28,088 nucleotides of DNA from the NCBI GenBank assembly GCA_030637775.1, contig DAOWFY010000140.1, positions 1 through 28,088 on the forward strand, given 5' to 3'. A program made the translations under genes and the position numbers. The notes under the pieces are model-generated. The model had not been told where the DNA came from. It saw only the letters and a list, made by a program, of their open reading frames with translations, and made no database searches. This document shows, piece after piece, positions 24,116 through 28,088 of the stretch. Position 1 is the first letter of the stretch, and each line of letters begins with the position of its first letter. The DNA comes from a bacterium. Its GTDB lineage: Bacteria > Ratteibacteria > UBA8468.

Positions 24116-26591
24116 TACCCTCCTCCATCAGGATAACGGAGATATCGCCAATGAAGTCCCCTTTATCTAAGTTAATCAGTTTTACGCCCTGAGTGTTTCT
24201 TCCGATGGGACGGATATCCTTCACGGGAAGGCGAATAATTATCCCTCTTGTGGTAATCAGCATAATCTCATCATCAACGCTTACACTCTTGATGCCCACA
24301 ACATCTCCATTCCTCCCCTTGGTCTTGATATCAATAATTCCCTTGCCACCCCTCTTCTGTTTCCGGTAAAGTTTAACCTTGCTGCGCTTTCCAAAGCCAT
24401 TGGCCGTGACGGTAAGCAGGGAATAATCTTCTTCGGCCACCTCGGCTCCTTTTACCAAATCGCCCTTGGACAGTCTAATTCCACGCACCCCTCTTGCGGT
24501 CCTCCCCATCGGCCGGACATCCTCTTCAGAAAAGTGAATCGATTTACCCTCTCTGGTGGAGAGAATAAGGTCCTTTTTTCCATCGGTAAGTTTTACCTCA
24601 ATCAACTCATCATCCTTTTTCAGGGTAAGAGCGATGATTCCCCCGCGCCTTTGGTGGCTATAGGCAGAAACAGCGGTCTTCTTCACCATTCCCTTCCTGG
24701 TTGCCATCAGCAGAAACAGATTGGCAGAATATTCCTTAATGGGAATAACGGCGGTAACTACCTCCTCGGTGCTAATCTTAAGAAGATTGATGATTGCCTT
24801 TCCCTTTGACTGTCGACTGGCTTCCGGAATCTGATAGGTGGGGAGCCAGTAGACCCGGCCCTTATTGGTGAAGAATAAAAGGGTATCATGGGTAGAGGCA
24901 ATAAAGAAATGCTTGATGTAGTCCTCATCCTTGGTTCTTGCCCCAATGATCCCTTTTCCTCCTCGGTGTTGCCTGCGGTAGGTATCTACCGGAACCCGTT
25001 TCACATAACCGGAGGCAGAAATCGTAATGGCAACATCCTCCTTTTTCACTAAATCAATCTCGGAAAGATCCTCTATTGCCCCAATAATCTTTGTCCTGCG
25101 CTGATCACCAAATCGCTTTTTCAAAGCCGCTAAATCATCCCTAATTACACCGGAAATCTTTTTTTCGCTGGCAAGAATAGACTTCAGTCGCTGAATCTCT
25201 TTTGTCAGTGCTTTGTGTTCCTCATCTATTTTTTCCCGCTCCAATTTAGTCAGACGAGAAAGGGGCATCGCGAGGATGCTGTCGGCCTGAATGGAAGAAA
25301 GTTTAAATGTTTTTATCAGAGAGGATTTAGCTGCTTCCACACTACTGCTCTTTTTGATGAGCTTTATCACCCGATCGATATGCAGGAGAGCAATCTTCAA
25401 ACCAGCAAGGATATGGGCTCGATTCTCTGCTCTCTTCAACTCAAATTGGGTGCGCCGCCTCACCACCTCTCTTCTGTGCTCTAAATAGTGAATCAGCAGT
25501 TCCCGAAGGGGGAGTATTCTTGGTCGATTTTTGACAAGAGCGAGATTAATAATGCCAAAACTGGTGCGCAATGCGGTATGCTTATAGAGTTGATTAAGGA
25601 TAACGTCGGGGTTTTCCCCTGATTTTAGTTCAATGCAGATCCTCATCCCCTCCTTATCGGACTCATCGCGGATTGTGCTGATTCCTTCAATTTTCCTTTC
25701 CTGGGCAAGTGTCGCAATATTTTCGATGAGAGCGCTCTTGTTTACTTCATAGGGGAGTTCCGTAACAATTAAAGCGGCTCTTCCCCTTTCCAACTCCTCT
25801 CCTTTTACCTTGCTCTGTAAGGTAATGATGCCCCTTCCCGTGCGGTAAGCCTCCAGGATTCCTTTTCTTCCGCAGATAAAGCCCCCGGTGGGGAAGTCCG
25901 GTCCGGACAAGACCTTCATCAATTCTTCCAGGTTGCTATCCGGTTTCTCAATCAGAAGAGTAAGGGCATCGATTACCTCATTAATGTTATGGGGAGGGAT
26001 GTTGGTTGCCATGCCCACGGCAATGCCTGAACTGCCATTAAGAAGAAGATTGGGGAGGGAGGAAGGAAGAATGGTTGGCTCGGCCAATGTCCCATCGAAA
26101 TTTGGCGCAAAATTGACCGTTTCCTTATCGATATCGGAGAGAAGAGAAGAGGCAACAGGGGAAAGCCTTGCTTCGGTATACCTCATTGCTGCCGGAGGGT
26201 CTCCATCAACCGAGCCAAAATTTCCCTGACCATCAATAAGAGGGTATCTCAAGGAAAAATCCTGACACATCCGGGTAATGGTGTCATAGATCGCCGCATC
26301 CCCATGGGGGTGATATTTTCCCATCACCTCACCAACAATTCTGGCACTCTTCTTGTAAGGCTTGCCGACAGTTACCCCTAATTCAGACATTCCGTAGAGA
26401 ATTCTCCGGTGCACCGGTTTTAGACCGTCCCTGACATCGGGAAGAGCCCTTCCCACAATAACGCTCATCGCATAGTCAATGTAGGAAGATTTCATCTCCC
26501 TCTCAATCTCTACCGGAACTACCCTCTTCTCCATCCCGTGCACAACACGGGAGCCCTCCTTAACTATCACCTCTTTTTCTTTCTTCACCAT
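24099..26591 (-). CDS. gyrA: DNA gyrase subunit A
   Basis: [26 protein letters not shown] catalytic Tyr, GyrA-box-like QHRGGKG, C-terminal pinwheel blades. Alternative start at 26534. Confidence 0.97.
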   Translation of the reverse strand: MVKKEKEVIVKEGSRVVHGMEKRVVPVEIEREMKSSYIDYAMSVIVGRALPDVRDGLKPVHRRILYGMSELGVTVGKPYKKSARIVGEVMGKYHPHGDAAIYDTITRMCQDFSLRYPLIDGQGNFGSVDGDPPAAMRYTEARLSPVASSLLSDIDKETVNFAPNFDGTLAEPTILPSSLPNLLLNGSSGIAVGMATNIPPHNINEVIDALTLLIEKPDSNLEELMKVLSGPDFPTGGFICGRKGILEAYRTGRGIITLQSKVKGEELERGRAALIVTELPYEVNKSALIENIATLAQERKIEGISTIRDESDKEGMRICIELKSGENPDVILNQLYKHTALRTSFGIINLALVKNRPRILPLRELLIHYLEHRREVVRRRTQFELKRAENRAHILAGLKIALLHIDRVIKLIKKSSSVEAAKSSLIKTFKLSSIQADSILAMPLSRLTKLEREKIDEEHKALTKEIQRLKSILASEKKISGVIRDDLAALKKRFGDQRRTKIIGAIEDLSEIDLVKKEDVAITISASGYVKRVPVDTYRRQHRGGKGIIGARTKDEDYIKHFFIASTHDTLLFFTNKGRVYWLPTYQIPEASRQSKGKAIINLLKISTEEVVTAVIPIKEYSANLFLLMATRKGMVKKTAVSAYSHQRRGGIIALTLKKDDELIEVKLTDGKKDLILSTREGKSIHFSEEDVRPMGRTARGVRGIRLSKGDLVKGAEVAEEDYSLLTVTANGFGKRSKVKLYRKQKRGGKGIIDIKTKGRNGDVVGIKSVSVDDEIMLITTRGIIIRLPVKDIRPIGRNTQGVKLINLDKGDFIGDISVILMEEGNVSGH
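26531..26561 (-). repeat. 31-bp SD-hairpin-ATG element, copy 2 (5' end of gyrA)
   Basis: Minus strand AAGGAGGGCTCCCGT-gttgtgc-ACGGGATGG. Confidence 0.8.
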
Positions 26592-26635
26592 TTTATTTTT
26601 TATTGGTTTTTATTGTTTTTTCTTTCTCCCGAGAG

Positions 26636-26728
26636 ATGACTGAAGTTTGTGAGCGAGTTGGCGGTTATGCTCCCAGAGCACGATAGTGCCGAGGAATAAG
26701 AAAGCCCGAGCGAACAAACTTTAGTCAT
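26636..26728. repeat. 93-bp element with 15-bp terminal inverted repeats, copy 1
   Basis: ATGACTGAAGTTTGT ... ACAAACTTTAGTCAT (14/15 match); internal mini-hairpins GCTC-cca-GAGC and GCAC-gata-GTGC; contains the ATPase stop codon. Confidence 0.85.
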
Positions 26729-27978
26729 TTCTTATCACTTTTTGTCATTCTCAGAACATCAGGAAGAGCAACAATTCCCAAGACGCTCTTCTTCATTCCA
26801 TCCTCGCGAAGAGTCTGCATTCCCGCTTTTCGAGCCCCCTCCTTGACTCCCTCGGTGGGAGCTTTCTCCAGGATTAATCCTCTAATCTCTTCATTGGTAA
26901 CCATCAATTCAAATAGTCCGGTCCTTCCCTTATATCCCGTGCCATTGCATTCGTTGCATCCCTCCCCGCGACAAAAGAAGGAAGCCTCTTCCCCCCTCTC
27001 CTCAATCCTCCCCCCTTGAGGGGGAGAAGATAGGTGGGGGGGTAAATTCAGTTCTGCAAGTACTTCCGGTGAAGGTTGGTACTGCTTTTTGCAGGAATCA
27101 CACAGGGTGCGTACCAATGTTTGTGAAAGAACACCGATGACCGAGGAGGCAATCAGGAAGGGTTCAACCCCCATATCAATCAGCCGGGTAACAGCTCCAG
27201 GGGCGGTATTGGTATGCAAAGTGGCAAAGACAAGCTGGCCGGTCTGGGCTACCTGAAAAGAGATGGAAGCGGTCTCTGCATCCCTAATCTCGCCGACCAT
27301 AACCACATCCGGGTCCTGTCGTAAAATTGAGCGAAGCCCCGTGGCAAAGTTCATCCCGGCCTTAGGATTGATTTGGGCCTGAACAAGGCCGGGGATATGG
27401 TATTCCACCGGATCCTCAATGGTAATGATATGGGTTCGGGCCGATTTAATCTTGTTAAGGGAACTATAAAGGGTAGTGCTTTTTCCCCCGCCGGTAGGAC
27501 CGGCAACCAAAATGATGCCGTAGGGCTCTTCCAAAATCTTCTGGTAGCGGGCAAGAGTCGGAGGCTGAAATCCTAACTGGTCAAAACCTAAAAGAATATT
27601 GCGCTTATCCAGGATTCTAATCGCCACCGCCTCACCAAAGATGGTAGGATAGGTGGAGATACGCAGATGCACCCCTCCACCCTTAACCGTGGCTTTGTAG
27701 GCTCCACTCTGGGGAATGCGTCTTTCTGCAATATCCAAATTTGCCAGGACCTTGATTCTGGTAACAATCGCCTGATAAAATTCTCTCGGTGGGGGGTCGA
27801 AGTTATAGAGAAGTCCATTGATTCTAAAACGAAGGGAGGTGGTCTCCTCGGTCTCTAAATGGACATCGGTGGCCTTCTGCTCCACCGCCTGAGAGAGAAT
27901 AGAATCGACAATGGCGGTAGCCGAGGAATATTCCGTTTCCGAAATTTTAGCTTTAGTAAAATCAAGTCTCTCCACCAT
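26725..27978 (-). CDS. GspE/PilB family secretion/pilus ATPase, lacking the usual N-terminal domain
   Basis: ATDVHLE, LDIAERRIPQ, Walker A GPTGGGKST, TIEDPVE, LRQDPDVVMVGEIRD, TLHTN, CDSC...CNEC, GYKGR. ATG 27978 preferred over TTG 28014. Confidence 0.9.
   Translation of the reverse strand: MVERLDFTKAKISETEYSSATAIVDSILSQAVEQKATDVHLETEETTSLRFRINGLLYNFDPPPREFYQAIVTRIKVLANLDIAERRIPQSGAYKATVKGGGVHLRISTYPTIFGEAVAIRILDKRNILLGFDQLGFQPPTLARYQKILEEPYGIILVAGPTGGGKSTTLYSSLNKIKSARTHIITIEDPVEYHIPGLVQAQINPKAGMNFATGLRSILRQDPDVVMVGEIRDAETASISFQVAQTGQLVFATLHTNTAPGAVTRLIDMGVEPFLIASSVIGVLSQTLVRTLCDSCKKQYQPSPEVLAELNLPPHLSSPPQGGRIEERGEEASFFCRGEGCNECNGTGYKGRTGLFELMVTNEEIRGLILEKAPTEGVKEGARKAGMQTLREDGMKKSVLGIVALPDVLRMTKSDKK
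26991..27042. repeat. C/G-rich imperfect palindrome inserted in-frame in the ATPase zinc-binding loop
   Basis: CCCCCC...CTCCCCC-cttga-GGGGGAG...GGGGGGG; encodes PPHLSSPPQGGRIEERG. Confidence 0.7.
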
Positions 27979-28031
27979 AATATATACACACAGACAATGG
28001 TCGTTGCGCAGCAATCATTAAGTAATTACAG

Positions 28032-28088
28032 GAGATGACTGGGGTTTGGAAGCGAGTTGGCGGTTATGCTCCCAGAGCACGATAGTGC
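28032..28088. repeat. 93-bp element, copy 2 (cut by the window end)
   Basis: 53/57 identical to 26633-26689, same orientation; the last 38 nt are identical. Confidence 0.9.

Noticed and set aside
24099-26591. parC instead of gyrA
   Set aside because: A GyrA-box-like QHRGGKG motif and a full C-terminal pinwheel are present.
26592-26728. 93-bp hairpin as an intrinsic terminator between the ATPase gene and gyrA
   Set aside because: On the transcribed minus strand the hairpin is followed by an A-rich tract, not a U-tract.
130-27858. The many 60-130 aa ORFs antisense to, or frame-shifted within, the called genes
   Set aside because: All are nested in well-supported genes, show no recognisable motif or RBS, and are expected shadows.
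11331-28088. Repeats as a CRISPR array
   Set aside because: Copies are dispersed, of different types and orientations, not regularly spaced with unique spacers; no cas genes.

Overview
The window has two convergent blocks. (1) nt 1-21844, + strand: an AT-rich surface-glycan biosynthesis locus. It encodes a GT4, a UDP-sugar epimerase, an RmlD-like reductase, a FnlC/WecB-type 2-epimerase, two initiating phosphoglycosyl transferases, a GT-C/PMT-like membrane transferase, Wzx, two Wzy_C (polymerase/ligase) proteins, a GT2, a split transketolase, a TylF-like and a class I methyltransferase, a DegT aminotransferase and a PglF/CapD dehydratase. Three non-glycan cassettes interrupt it, each with its own sigma70-like promoter: an AAA_14-DUF4143 ATPase, an MNT-HEPN toxin-antitoxin pair and a RelE/ParE-type pair. 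(2) nt 21773-28088, - strand: a GspE/PilB-like ATPase, gyrA, archease, a TraR/DksA protein, lspA and lgt. The most unusual signal is outside the gene list: at least five unrelated small palindromic repeat types, with no transposase in view. They are a promoter-like dispersed element (3 copies, one nested in a 146-bp element with perfect 25-bp inverted ends), a 93-bp element flanking the ATPase gene as direct repeats, a GTAG-type REP doublet in-frame in archease, a C/G-rich hairpin in-frame in the ATPase, and a 31-bp SD-hairpin-ATG unit shared in-frame by gyrA and the O-antigen ligase. Several stop codons lie inside these repeats. Other observations are a probable ATT start codon and two probably leaderless transcripts. 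Protein calls rest on motif recognition by eye; no database search was run. No rRNA, tRNA or CRISPR array was seen.
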